Shown one piece after another: positions 17,197 to 26,155 of a DNA stretch of 33,189 bases. The stretch is from the NCBI GenBank assembly GCA_036524475.1, contig DATDCF010000115.1:1-33189 (forward strand), read 5' to 3'. A program made the translations under genes and the position numbers. Every line of letters starts with the position of its first letter. Position 1 is the first letter of the stretch. Source of the stretch: Acidimicrobiia bacterium (GTDB lineage: Bacteria; Actinomycetota; Acidimicrobiia; Spongiisociales; ZC4RG35). The notes under the pieces were generated by a model. It searched no databases, was not told the DNA's origin, and saw nothing but the letters and a program-made list of their open reading frames with translations.

Positions 17197-20100
17197 ATGA
17201 GAACAGCCGTCCCGATTCGTCGAGGGAGCACAGCCCTCCTCGCCTTCCTGCTGGTGACCACCACCCTCGCCTTCGCCCCATCCCAGCCAAGGGCAAATGC
17301 GGCCAGCGCGGACCTGCTGATTTCTGAGTACATCGAGGGGTCGAGTTTCAATAAGGCGGTGGAGATCTATAACGGGACTGGTTCTGCTGTGGACCTGTCC
17401 GCCTATACATTGGAGTTGTATTCCAACGGGTCGGCCACGGTCAGCCAGTCCGTCGCTTTGAGTGGGGTGTTGGCCGACGGTGATGTGTTCGTTGTTTCTC
17501 GGGCGGACGCCGACCCGGCTATCCAGGCGGTGACCGACCTGCTGGCACCAGCGGTGATCAACTTCAACGGTGATGACGCTGTTGTTCTCCGTAAGGGCGT
17601 GGATGTCGTTGATGCGTTCGGTCAGGTTGGTGTTGACCCCGGGACGGAGTGGACCGGTGGTGGGTTGGATGACACGTTGACCCGGATGGACGACGTGTGT
17701 GCTGGTGATACCGACCCGTCGGATGCCTTCAACGCTTCGACGGAGTGGAATGTCCTTCCTATCAACACGTTCACCGGACTCGGATCACACACCGCCAACT
17801 GCGGAGGCGGAGGCACTGCCCCGGTCATCGCTGTGTGCGACGTCGACCTGGTTACCGATGAAGGCGTTGAGGCAACAGCTTCGCTGTCGGCCAGCGACGC
17901 CGATGGAACCGTTGTCGACATTTCCGCTGTGGTCGACCCTGCTCCGGCATCAGGGTCGATTGCGATCAACAATGTCGTTCCGGCGGCGTCTGCCGGCGAT
18001 ACCGCCACGGCGGACCTGGTAGCCGATTCGTCAGTTCCGGCGGGAACGTATCAGGTGACAATCACCGCGTCGAACAACGACGACCCTGTGCAGACCGGAG
18101 AGTGTGTGCAGACTGTGGCGGTTCAGGGTGTCCTCCCGCTGACCCCGATACACGTGGTGCAAGGCACGACGGACACCAGCCCCCTCGCAGGGCAGGATGT
18201 GGCTATTGAAGGAGTGGTGGTGGGCGACTATGAGGGGCTGGCACCGACCCTCCGGGGGTTCTATGTCCAGGAGCAGGATGATGAACAAGACGCCGACCCC
18301 GCAACTTCGGAGGGGATCTTCGTTTTCCACGGCGATGAGGACACGGTCAGCCTCGGAGATGTGGTACGTGTACAAGGGGCTGTGGCTGAATTCCAGGGGC
18401 AGACCCAACTCGGTTTTCCCGACTCGTTAGAGGTCCTTTCGTCCAACGAAACCGTCACCGCAGCGGTGGCGTCCCTGCCGTTGGCCACCGCGGACGACCT
18501 GGAGGGCTACGAGGGGATGTTGGTAACGTTTCCGCAGACACTCTATGTGACCGAGTTCTTCCAATTGGGCCGCTTTGGCCAGGTGGTGGTTTCATCAGGT
18601 GATCGGCTTCCCCAGCCGACTTCGATTGCCGAGCCGGGTGCTGCGGCAGGCGCCATCCAGGCCGCCAACAATCTGAACCGACTGATCATCGATGATGCTG
18701 ATAACGGCCAGAACCAGGACCCGATCGTGTTCGGACGGGGTGGAAACGAGTTGACCGCGGCCAACACACTACGGGGTGGAGATACTCTGACCGGTGCTGT
18801 AGGTGTCATGACTTACACATGGGCAGGAAATGCCGCGTCGGGCAACGCATATCGACTCCGGCCGGTGGGCGATCTCAGCGATTCGGGCCTGGTGCCCGGT
18901 GGCGTGGTCCCCGAATTCCAGGCGGCCAACCCACGCCCCTCCGCCGCGCCGGTGGTCGGAGGTAGTGGGAAGGTCGCCAGCTTCAACGTCCTCAACTACT
19001 TCGTGACTCTCGATGCGGGGACTAACCAGTGTGGCCCGGTGGGGTTCTTGCAGGACTGCCGCGGAGCCAACTCGGCATTCGAATTGGACCGCCAACGCGA
19101 CAAGCTGGTTTCGGCGCTTCTCCAGATCGATGCCGATGTCCTGGGTTTAATCGAACTGGAAAACACAACTGGTGTGGAGCCACTCGATGACATCGTCGAG
19201 GCGCTCAACGATATCGCGGGCCCCGGAACGTACGACTATATCGAGACGGGAACGATCGGCACCGATGTCATCAAGGTCGGCATTGTGTACCAGCCCGAAG
19301 GAGCCTCACCGGTTGGTGGCTTTGCTGTTCTCGACTCCAGCGTCGACCCTCGATTCGACGATGATCTCAATCGTCCCGCCCTGGCCCAGAGTTTCGTCTC
19401 CGACGACGAGGTGTTCACAGTGGTGGTGAATCATCTCAAGTCGAAGGGTTGTGGCGGTGACCTCGGTCTGGACATGGACCAGGGTGACGGTGCGGGTTGT
19501 TTCAACCTGGCGCGAACGTCAGCTGCCGAGGCCGAAGTCGACTGGATTGCCTCTGATCCGACCAACGTTGGCGATGATGATTTCCTGGTACTCGGTGACC
19601 TGAATTCCTATGCCATGGAGGACCCGATCGACGTGTTTGTCGGTGCCGGCTACGCCGACCTCGGAAGGCTTTTCGATGGCGATGACACCTACTCGTATGT
19701 CTTCGATGGTCAATGGGGTTACCTCGACTATGCCCTAGCGTCGACGAGCATGGCGGTCAAAGTCACCGGCGCTGGTGAGTACCACGTCAATGCCGATGAG
19801 CCTTCCGTGCTGGACTACAACACCGACTTCAAGACAGCCAACCACATAAATATCCTCTACGCTCCGGACGAGTTCAGGACTTCGGACCACGATCCGGTCG
19901 TCGTCGGTTATTGCGAAACTGTCGCACCGTCGGCTTCGGCGACTGCCAACCCCAGTTCGATCTGGCCGCCGAACGGCAAGATGAAGGCGGTGACCGTGAC
20001 TCTGAGTGTCAGCGATGCCAACGACGTCACAGTCGAACTTGTCTCGGTGAGTTCGAATGAGCCGATCGTAGGAGATGTCGTCATCCTCGACGACACCCAC

Positions 20101-20250
20101 TTTAGGGTGCGCGCCGAGCGTGACGATGAAGGCCCGGGTCGGACTTACACGATGACCTACGTGGCCACCGACGAGTGCGGAAATGCAACAACGTTCACGG
20201 CGACAGTTGTTGTTCCCCACGATATAGCCGACAAAAACGAGCCAGTCTGA
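17197..20250 (+). CDS. ExeM/NucH-family extracellular endonuclease (signal peptide, lamin-tail domain, EEP nuclease domain, C-terminal Ig-like domain)
   Basis: 1017 aa. It has a signal peptide ending ANAASA and an LTD motif (LLISEYIEGSSFNKAVEIYNGTG...LELYSNG). EEP motifs are FNVLNYF, DVLGLIELEN and SDHDPVVV. The C-terminus reads PPNGKMKAVTV...YTMTYVATDECGN. Confidence 0.88.
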   Translation: MRTAVPIRRGSTALLAFLLVTTTLAFAPSQPRANAASADLLISEYIEGSSFNKAVEIYNGTGSAVDLSAYTLELYSNGSATVSQSVALSGVLADGDVFVVSRADADPAIQAVTDLLAPAVINFNGDDAVVLRKGVDVVDAFGQVGVDPGTEWTGGGLDDTLTRMDDVCAGDTDPSDAFNASTEWNVLPINTFTGLGSHTANCGGGGTAPVIAVCDVDLVTDEGVEATASLSASDADGTVVDISAVVDPAPASGSIAINNVVPAASAGDTATADLVADSSVPAGTYQVTITASNNDDPVQTGECVQTVAVQGVLPLTPIHVVQGTTDTSPLAGQDVAIEGVVVGDYEGLAPTLRGFYVQEQDDEQDADPATSEGIFVFHGDEDTVSLGDVVRVQGAVAEFQGQTQLGFPDSLEVLSSNETVTAAVASLPLATADDLEGYEGMLVTFPQTLYVTEFFQLGRFGQVVVSSGDRLPQPTSIAEPGAAAGAIQAANNLNRLIIDDADNGQNQDPIVFGRGGNELTAANTLRGGDTLTGAVGVMTYTWAGNAASGNAYRLRPVGDLSDSGLVPGGVVPEFQAANPRPSAAPVVGGSGKVASFNVLNYFVTLDAGTNQCGPVGFLQDCRGANSAFELDRQRDKLVSALLQIDADVLGLIELENTTGVEPLDDIVEALNDIAGPGTYDYIETGTIGTDVIKVGIVYQPEGASPVGGFAVLDSSVDPRFDDDLNRPALAQSFVSDDEVFTVVVNHLKSKGCGGDLGLDMDQGDGAGCFNLARTSAAEAEVDWIASDPTNVGDDDFLVLGDLNSYAMEDPIDVFVGAGYADLGRLFDGDDTYSYVFDGQWGYLDYALASTSMAVKVTGAGEYHVNADEPSVLDYNTDFKTANHINILYAPDEFRTSDHDPVVVGYCETVAPSASATANPSSIWPPNGKMKAVTVTLSVSDANDVTVELVSVSSNEPIVGDVVILDDTHFRVRAERDDEGPGRTYTMTYVATDECGNATTFTATVVVPHDIADKNEPV

Positions 20251-20261
20251 ACGTTTGACAA

Positions 20262-20292
20262 GCTGAGAGGCCCCGGTCCGGGGCCTCTCAGC
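20262..20292. terminator. GC-rich perfect hairpin between convergent genes (bidirectional, no U-tract)
   Basis: GCTGAGAGGCCCCGG and CCGGGGCCTCTCAGC form 15-nt perfect arms, 11 nt after the nuclease stop. Confidence 0.6.
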
Positions 20293-20339
20293 CCCGCAAA
20301 CAACCGGGGTTGAAGTTGGACTTCCGTGGACCTCGACCT

Positions 20340-21041
20340 TCAGGTACAGGCACCGTTGGTGTCGACACCGGCGACGCATATGATCGAGCTTTCGACCAGG
20401 GCCACTGTGAAGGATTCCCCCGACTCCTCGACGACAACCCTCAATCGCTGGCCCCGGGTTTTGGGGTCACTTCCTCCGATGAGGTCGAAGTAGACCTCCC
20501 GACCACCAAACTCGCGCTGTGAAATCTGGATTGGCTGCTGGCTCTGCAAGTCGGCGATCGTGCTCGCCACCGAGGCTAACAACTCATCAGCCGACGCTCC
20601 TACGAGGTCGGCCACCTCGAGCGTGATATCTCGCGTAGGCCCGAGGACCCCGGTTCGGTCCTGTGGGAAATAGCCCTGTTCGCGACCGTCCTGGCCGACC
20701 AATTCCCACACTGGCCCTCCGAGATAGCTCGCCGCTTCTCCTACGGCGATTAGGTTGGCGTCGAGACGGTCGACCGGCCACAAATTGCCGAAGAACTCGA
20801 TATCTGCGGCGGGGAAACTACCCACCCAGGCTTTTTCCTCCAGCGGCAGCCCGACTACTGATATGACGTCCCCGCCGGCGAAGTTGCTGGGCTCTTCGAC
20901 AACGTCGAGGAAGGGGTTGGCCAACAATGTTGTGGTTGCGGCGAGGAGGGTGGTCGTCGTTGATTCCTCTGGCGAGGAACCGCTACTCGTACAGGCGGTC
21001 ACTCCGGATAGAACGATCACAAGGACGAGCCATCGGCGCAT
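20340..21041 (-). CDS. hypothetical lipoprotein
   Basis: 233 aa with signal peptide and lipobox (LVIVLSGVTAC) followed by a Ser/Thr-rich linker. No recognised catalytic motif. Confidence 0.7.
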   Translation of the reverse strand: MRRWLVLVIVLSGVTACTSSGSSPEESTTTTLLAATTTLLANPFLDVVEEPSNFAGGDVISVVGLPLEEKAWVGSFPAADIEFFGNLWPVDRLDANLIAVGEAASYLGGPVWELVGQDGREQGYFPQDRTGVLGPTRDITLEVADLVGASADELLASVASTIADLQSQQPIQISQREFGGREVYFDLIGGSDPKTRGQRLRVVVEESGESFTVALVESSIICVAGVDTNGACT

Positions 21042-21113
21042 GGCGAAATCCTAAGCCGGTCGTCGAGAATCGGTGCTCTCTGGCGTAACGGTTGTCGGCA
21101 GGCCGACATTCAG

Positions 21114-21186
21114 CGCCCTCGGCAAGAATCGAACTTGCGACACCGGGTTTAGGAAACCCGTGCTCTATCCACTGAGCTACGAGGGC
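21114..21186 (-). tRNA. tRNA-Arg (anticodon CCU)
   Basis: A 73-nt cloverleaf folded by hand: acceptor GCCCTCG/CGAGGGC, D-arm GCTC-AGTGGATA-GAGC, anticodon arm CGGGT-TTCCTAA-ACCCG, T-arm GCAAG-TTCGATT-CTTGC, discriminator G. CCA is not encoded. Confidence 0.9.
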
Positions 21187-21282
21187 GGGATGGGTTGGAA
21201 ACGCGGTGTCAACTCTTTGGAGTCCAATCAGCCGGCGTTTCGTTGAGGGTAATCTCGCCACCCAGCCGTGCAATGTCGCCGG
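21179..21282. repeat. copy A of an imperfect direct repeat (first 8 nt of tRNA-Arg, 21186-21179, plus ~95 nt of its upstream region)
   Basis: Aligns with 23417-23528 at roughly 80% identity. Shared blocks are ACGAGGGCG, GGGATGGGTTG, AACGCGGT and GTTGAGGGTAATC.CGCCACCC...GCAATGTCG.CGG. Confidence 0.7.
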
Positions 21283-21362
21283 ATGACCCGATTTTTCAGG
21301 TTCGACCAACGGGGGAACGTTCTCTGGGTCTTTCCTAGTTCTTGTGGAGCGGTTCGGGCCAG

Positions 21363-21800
21363 CTAGCCGGTCCGATGCAAGAGTGGTGAGTCGACTGCGC
21401 CTGGGGTGGTGAAGATGTATTCGGTTTGGGCGCTTCGGTAGGCCTGCCAGGCGAGCATGCTGAGGTTGTTCTTTTCGAACCCGTAGTGGTGGAGTCGTTC
21501 TCGGGGATGGTGGTCGTCGATGAACCGGTTGGCGGATTCGGCGGAGGCCCGGAGCGCCTTTTGGACAGTCGAGAATGTCGGGCCGGTTTCGGGGAAGACT
21601 CTGAAGTGTTCTGGTCTGTTGTATCCGCTGAGTTTGTCTTCGGCGGTCTGGTCGAGTCTGATCGTCACATACCCATCGGGAGTGCCGTTTTCGATGGTGA
21701 TGTCGTATTTCGGCGGAGAGGCGAACTCTCCCGTCCTTCTGTCGTGATCCCCAGCCTGATGGTGTTCGGAGCACTGGTCCTGCGACCAGGAATCGACCAA
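21363..21800 (-). CDS. hypothetical protein
   Basis: 145-aa ORF with TTG start and protein-like composition (PKYDITIENGTPDGYVTIRL...HHYGFEKNNLSMLAWQAY). No family recognised. The opposite-strand ORF over the same DNA looks like a shadow ORF. Confidence 0.45.
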   Translation of the reverse strand: MVDSWSQDQCSEHHQAGDHDRRTGEFASPPKYDITIENGTPDGYVTIRLDQTAEDKLSGYNRPEHFRVFPETGPTFSTVQKALRASAESANRFIDDHHPRERLHHYGFEKNNLSMLAWQAYRSAQTEYIFTTPGAVDSPLLHRTG

Positions 21801-21965
21801 ATCGCCAACATCGGACTGAGCGTCATGTATGCCTTGACGATCATCGCCGGTGCGATCGGTGAGTGGAACTCCTACATCCTAGGCAGCGCCGTCGAAGTCG
21901 CACTACTCGGGGGTGTCGTCTATTACGCCTGGACCTGGCCAACACTGGCGCCATCGGCTCCATGA
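21759..21965 (+). CDS. possible small two-TM membrane protein (or N-terminal stub of a decayed gene)
   Basis: An internal ATG of the 21426-21965 ORF gives MVFGALVLRPGIDQIANIGLSVMYALTIIAGAIGEWNSYILGSAVEVALLGGVVYYAWTW... with two hydrophobic helices. Confidence 0.25.
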   Translation: MVFGALVLRPGIDQIANIGLSVMYALTIIAGAIGEWNSYILGSAVEVALLGGVVYYAWTWPTLAPSAP

Positions 21966-22046
21966 GCGGGGGAGTGGCCGGGCTTATCACATCCAGGCCA
22001 GGCCCGTAGCCCATTAGAAGACGTCGAGCTCAGTAGATCGAAGACG

Positions 22047-22300
22047 ATGAAGGCAATCACACGGAGCGAGTACGGCTCGCCTCGAGAGGCCTCGAACTGA
22101 AGGACGTCGACACGCCAGTGATGAAAGACGACGAGGTCCTGGTGCGGGTCCATGCCTCCAGCGTGAACACAACCGATCCCTTGGTGGTCCGAGGCACTCC
22201 ATATATCAGTAGACTTGTGCAGGGCTTGAGAAGGCCTAAGCGACCTGTGATCGGTAGGCTTCACCAACATTTAGTGGACTTGAATACCAAGCCGAGTTGA
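22047..22300 (+). pseudogene. N-terminal fragment of a zinc-type/MDR quinone oxidoreductase, frameshifted and truncated
   Basis: MKAITRSEYGSP (frame 0) then LELKDVDTPVMKDDEVLVRVHASSVNTTDPLVVRGTPYISRLVQGLRRPKRPVIG (other frame) matches the GroES-like N-terminus of MDR oxidoreductases. The frameshift is near 22083-22090 and the remaining ~250 aa are absent. Confidence 0.7.
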
Positions 22301-22363
22301 TAAGACTCCAGGAGCGGAAAACCGGCCATCCACATCGACAAGTACGGCGAACTCGTTACCAAA

Positions 22364-22810
22364 TTGCGCGGCCGGCCGCTGAGAGAACGGCATTCACCTT
22401 TCGAAAGAATGGGGCATCAAATCATTGGACACTTAAATGCGGGATCTCAAGAGAATGTTGACGCATTCGATCATCTCCGCGATCACCGCTTCATAGCACT
22501 TACTACTTTTCGCCGCGATGGCACCCCCGTTCCCACCACTGTCTGGTTTGCGCACAGAGACATCGGCATCGTGTTCGGGTCGGCCATGGGTGCCGGGAAG
22601 GTAACGCGGCTGCGCCGTGACGATCGAGCGATCGTCGCCGCATCCACCTTTCGTGGGCGGCTGAAAGGCGAGCCAACCCCCGCCGTGGGCTCGATCCTCG
22701 ACGAAGCCGAGGTAGACAAGTCGGTACGGCTCTTGGCAGCAAAGTACGGCGTTGCTTGGCGTCTATTCGGGGGGAATATGGACGTGTTCGTCCTTCTGGA
22801 ACCGACCTGA
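22364..22810 (+). CDS. PPOX-class (probable F420-dependent) oxidoreductase family protein
   Basis: Contains FIALTTFRRDGTPVPTTVWF...GAGKVTRLRRDDRA...KYGVAW, typical of small PNPOx-like proteins. The true start may be the ATG at 22409. Confidence 0.75.
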   Translation: MRGRPLRERHSPFERMGHQIIGHLNAGSQENVDAFDHLRDHRFIALTTFRRDGTPVPTTVWFAHRDIGIVFGSAMGAGKVTRLRRDDRAIVAASTFRGRLKGEPTPAVGSILDEAEVDKSVRLLAAKYGVAWRLFGGNMDVFVLLEPT

Positions 22811-23416
22811 CCTATTGGGTGCGCTGCCGGCGAGCGCTTTTGAGCTGCGACATCGAAGAAAGGGGTGAGGTTGTGTCATGGGCACATCCATTCCGAGTTA
22901 GTGCCTGCACCGCCCCATGATCTCGCCCGGGCCGAACTCGCGAACCTGAGATCAGAAAACGAGAAAGTGTTTCGCACCGACCAGCGGAGACCTTCAGACC
23001 AAAGACACCGCCGACTGTCTACCCTGGGTAACTCACACGCTCCTATACGACCATCTCGAAACCCTCGAAAGACTCAGCGAACTGCCACTCCGAGGCACCC
23101 TCCAAGGAGGCCCACCAGTCGGCCGACCCGAATCCGACAGGTCGACCTCAGCCCAATTCACCGCCAGCGGACGCGCAGCCGCAGCTCGACGGACACCAAC
23201 CACAATCCCGCAAGAGGGCTAAAAGAGATAGATAGAACAAAAGAGGATGCGCAGAGACGACAAACGGCGACAAACCCGCCTGGCTCTCTGGGAACTCCTA
23301 GAGAGCCCAGGTCCCTAAGGCGTTCCAGGATTCCGACGAACGCGTTCCCGGTCGGCCCGATATGTCGGAGTATCACCGGTCGAGCATTTGACGTTCCAGA
23401 GATCTCAACCAATCCC

Positions 23417-23528
23417 ACGAGGGCGAGTGCGGGATGGGTTGAAAACGCGGTTGACAACTCGTTTCAGAGTTGGTCCAACAGTGTCAGGTTGAGGGTAATC
23501 CCGCCACCCGGTCGCGCAATGTCGTCGG
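23417..23528. repeat. copy B of the tRNA-Arg upstream direct repeat (no intact tRNA attached)
   Basis: See copy A. Similarity stops after the first 8 nt of the tRNA; on the minus strand GCCCTCGT is followed by GGGATTGG instead of AGCTCAGT. Confidence 0.7.
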
Positions 23529-23610
23529 CGTGCGATACCGGTGTCTGTCCGCCGGAGTGCCTGCAACAATACCCGAATGACTGCAGACGCTTCACGATAG
23601 GAGTACGAAA

Positions 23611-24030
23611 ATGAGAAATCGAACTATGGCATTTCTGTTGGCAACGGCGGTTGTCTTCGGAGCATGTGCGGACGCCGGCACCGATGAGTCGGTTCCCGGG
23701 GACTCCAACCCGCCTACCTCAGCCGAAAGCAGCACGCCGACGGATTCCGAGGATGAGGTCGTCGGACAATTAGAGGATCAGATCGAAACTCTGTCCAACG
23801 CCATATCTTCATCGGAGACCGGTCAGGAGCTGAGTTCGGCATGGAACACCCTCAAAATCGAGCTGGCGGCCACGGTCGCAACATTGAGGACACAAGGCGA
23901 GGTGGCACGGGATGAATTGGAGTCAGCTCTGGACGCTTTCGAGGAAGAACTGGACGCGATCGAAGTCGGCGAAGACGTCAGCGCCGCATGGGAAGAACTG
24001 CGAACTCGACTAGAACAGTTGACGGGCTAG
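23611..24030 (+). CDS. hypothetical acidic lipoprotein
   Basis: 139 aa with lipobox (AVVFGAC), a low-complexity linker, then an Asp/Glu-rich helical region. Confidence 0.6.
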   Translation: MRNRTMAFLLATAVVFGACADAGTDESVPGDSNPPTSAESSTPTDSEDEVVGQLEDQIETLSNAISSSETGQELSSAWNTLKIELAATVATLRTQGEVARDELESALDAFEEELDAIEVGEDVSAAWEELRTRLEQLTG

Positions 24031-24164
24031 CCTCATCTCTGCTGGCGTTTCACCGGTTGTCCGCATGCTTTGGTGCGATCTTGGTGAGACAAGTTGCGGC
24101 CATCTGGCCCAGAATCGAACTGCCGTCAATTCGGCGGCACATGTCTTAGAAGGAGGCATACCAA

Positions 24165-24725
24165 ATGACTATTGGACCAATCCAGGGGATCGTGATCGGA
24201 TTCCCGGACAACGGAATGTTTGAGGGCCGCATCGCCGAGGAGCTGGCCCGGCTCAGTGATTTGGGTCAGATTCGGGTCATCGACGCGGTGTTTGTAACCC
24301 GCAACGGAGACGAAGTAGACGTCCTATCAGTTTCCGGTCTCGACGAGGAGCAGAGGGCAGAATTGCGCGCCGCGGTCGGTGCGTTGGTCGGATTGGGACT
24401 TGGAGGAGAAGAAGCTGCGATGGCCCTCGGAGAGGCGGCCGCCTCTGTCGATGTCGACGCTATCACCCTGGCGGAGTCGGTGGCGGTCGACCTGATCGAC
24501 GAACTTCCTGAGGGGAGCTCTGCGCTAGTACTTGCCTTCGAACATCTCTGGGCAGTTCCGCTGCGGGACGCCGTACGCGGTGCTGGCGGTGTGGTCCTCG
24601 CCCACGTCGCCCTGTCCGCGGAAGACCTCATCGGGCTGGGGATGTTGGCGGGTTATGCAGCCGAACTAGAGGCGGAGCAAGAGGCTGTCGAGCGGGAAGC
24701 TGCGGCGTCGTCAACTGACAACTAA
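24165..24725 (+). CDS. DUF6325-like protein
   Basis: The N-terminus (GPIQGIVIGFPDNGMFEGRIAEELARLSDLGQIRVIDAVFVTRNGDEVDV) matches my memory of the DUF6325 family. A strong SD (GAAGGAGG) precedes the ATG. Confidence 0.7.
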   Translation: MTIGPIQGIVIGFPDNGMFEGRIAEELARLSDLGQIRVIDAVFVTRNGDEVDVLSVSGLDEEQRAELRAAVGALVGLGLGGEEAAMALGEAAASVDVDAITLAESVAVDLIDELPEGSSALVLAFEHLWAVPLRDAVRGAGGVVLAHVALSAEDLIGLGMLAGYAAELEAEQEAVEREAAASSTDN

Positions 24726-24910
24726 GGATGATGTCCGGGGACGTTGTCCCTGGTGGGATGGGCTGAGCTCTCCGAGCGAGACCTTGGCCCAGCGGCCCAC
24801 TGCCCCGGCAAAGGGCCGGTTATAGCTCTCGAGCCTGCTTACCAACCTGGCCCAACCGCGTTGGCTTCCTATCCGGACGAGCTTCTGTCCGAGCCGGTCT
24901 CTGCGGCCCG

Positions 24911-25612
24911 TCAACCGGTTGTGATTGGTTGACCGAAGGCGATGGAGATTCCGACGACGAGGCCTATGCTCGCGAGGACGAGCAGAGCCACCTGGGCGCG
25001 GAAATACTCGAAGCGCTCGGCCATCGCAGCGAAGAACAAGACCGCCGCGAAAAGCAGGGTGGTCAGGGTGTAGATGTCCGAAATGTTGTTCGCGGTTTCG
25101 CCTTCGGCGAAGAGCTCGTCGGCGCGGTTTTCCAAGCGCTCCGCTTCCGCCTCCTGGGCCACCTGGTATTCCGGCATTCCCAACGGGCTGGACGGTGCGT
25201 CCGGGTTGTTGAACGGATCCAGGGCGATCCAAGCGTCATACCCCACCCGGAACTCGTCCCGGAACCGTTCAAAGTAGAAGGCGGCGACATCCTCGTTCTC
25301 GTCGATCGTGGCATTGATGTAGGCCTCAAAGATGCCGAGATCGGCCAGCCTGAACTGGTTGGCTGCGGTGCGCTGCTGTGCCGCGTTCGTCCTAGAACCT
25401 GATGCCTGTGTGTAATTGCTCGACTGGATCCCATCCCACAGCGATGCCTGATACCCGCTCCACGCCGTCGCGAGAGCGGCGATCGCCAGGATTACGACGG
25501 TGACGATCTCCATACGCCGCTCGGACCGGGACGTCTCGCGGTTCCTATCGTCCAAGGTCATCGTTCTTGTGCATCGCCGGAGGATAAACGAACTCGGGGT
25601 TCGAGTCCCCAT
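24911..25612 (-). CDS. hypothetical membrane protein (TM helices at the N- and C-terminal ends, DUF4337-like topology)
   Basis: The ORF has N- and C-terminal TM helices flanking a helical soluble region. The first 17-33 codons are doubtful, so the real start may be 25561 or 25513. Confidence 0.6.
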   Translation of the reverse strand: MGTRTPSSFILRRCTRTMTLDDRNRETSRSERRMEIVTVVILAIAALATAWSGYQASLWDGIQSSNYTQASGSRTNAAQQRTAANQFRLADLGIFEAYINATIDENEDVAAFYFERFRDEFRVGYDAWIALDPFNNPDAPSSPLGMPEYQVAQEAEAERLENRADELFAEGETANNISDIYTLTTLLFAAVLFFAAMAERFEYFRAQVALLVLASIGLVVGISIAFGQPITTG

Positions 25613-25651
25613 TCCGTTTTAGAGAGACATAATCGAGATGGCATCGCTCTC

Positions 25652-26155
25652 TCAGCGATCGCGACGCCCTTCTCCCATCGCCATCAGGTAGCCACGGGCC
25701 CTTTCGGTCAATTCGTAGCGCCCCACCAGCTCCTGGAATTCGGGGCCGTGGTTTCTCACCACGATGTGGGCGAGCTCGTGGACTATGACCGAGTCGACGA
25801 CCCAGGCGGGCGCGTCTGCGATCCGATCGGATATCCGGATCCGCTTATCCCCGGGGGTACAGGAACCCCATCGCATGTTTTGACGGCTGCTCCAGACGAT
25901 GGACTCGGCCTCGGGCAAGTCGTGTTTCCTGGCGAGAAAGGTGGCCCGTGTGACTAAATCGGCGCTCGCCGAAGTCTGCTTCCGCACCACCTTCGCGACG
26001 ATCCCCTCGACGAGGCGCGACTCCTCGGATGGATCGAGGCCGGCGGGGACTCTCACTTCGATCCGGCCATCAGTGAGAAGAGCCTGCACCGTTCGGCGAC
26101 GCCGCTCGCTCCTGATAATTTGAACCGGCCATTCGCTCATAGGAGAACCGTACAA
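25652..26155 (-). CDS. YgjP-like / DUF45 (M48-family) metallopeptidase-fold protein
   Basis: 167 aa with HELAHIVVRNHGPEF (HExxH ... NH..F), typical of DUF45. Confidence 0.85.
   Translation of the reverse strand: MYGSPMSEWPVQIIRSERRRRTVQALLTDGRIEVRVPAGLDPSEESRLVEGIVAKVVRKQTSASADLVTRATFLARKHDLPEAESIVWSSRQNMRWGSCTPGDKRIRISDRIADAPAWVVDSVIVHELAHIVVRNHGPEFQELVGRYELTERARGYLMAMGEGRRDR

Noticed and set aside
20983-21774. 263-aa minus-strand ORF
   Set aside because: It reads straight through the tRNA-Arg gene and the repeat, and its composition is Arg/Pro-rich nonsense.
22900-22990. IS3-type OrfA leucine-zipper remnant (AELANLRSENEK...)
   Set aside because: Only about 12 residues of vague similarity. 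There is no continuation in any frame, no inverted repeats and no DDE region.
23330-23425. Second tRNA (Sec or long-arm type) next to repeat copy B, suggested by GCCCTCGTGGGATTGGTTGAG and a TCA-containing loop
   Set aside because: There is no complementary 3' acceptor strand (CGAGGGC), no T-arm and no foldable anticodon stem. Only the first 8 nt match tRNA-Arg.
22865-23614. 249-aa plus-strand ORF
   Set aside because: The product is Arg/Pro/Thr/Ser-rich low complexity. The ORF crosses the duplicated tRNA-upstream repeat and ends overlapping the next gene's start. This is typical of a spurious ORF in GC-rich non-coding DNA.
25596-25610. tRNA T-arm-like hairpin GGGGTTCGAGTCCCC on the plus strand (possible tRNA fragment or att site)
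   Set aside because: No acceptor, D or anticodon arms can be found upstream, and the fifth T-stem pair is a C-A mismatch. It lies in the doubtful 5' extension of the 24911-25612 ORF. It may simply be a hairpin near that gene's true start.
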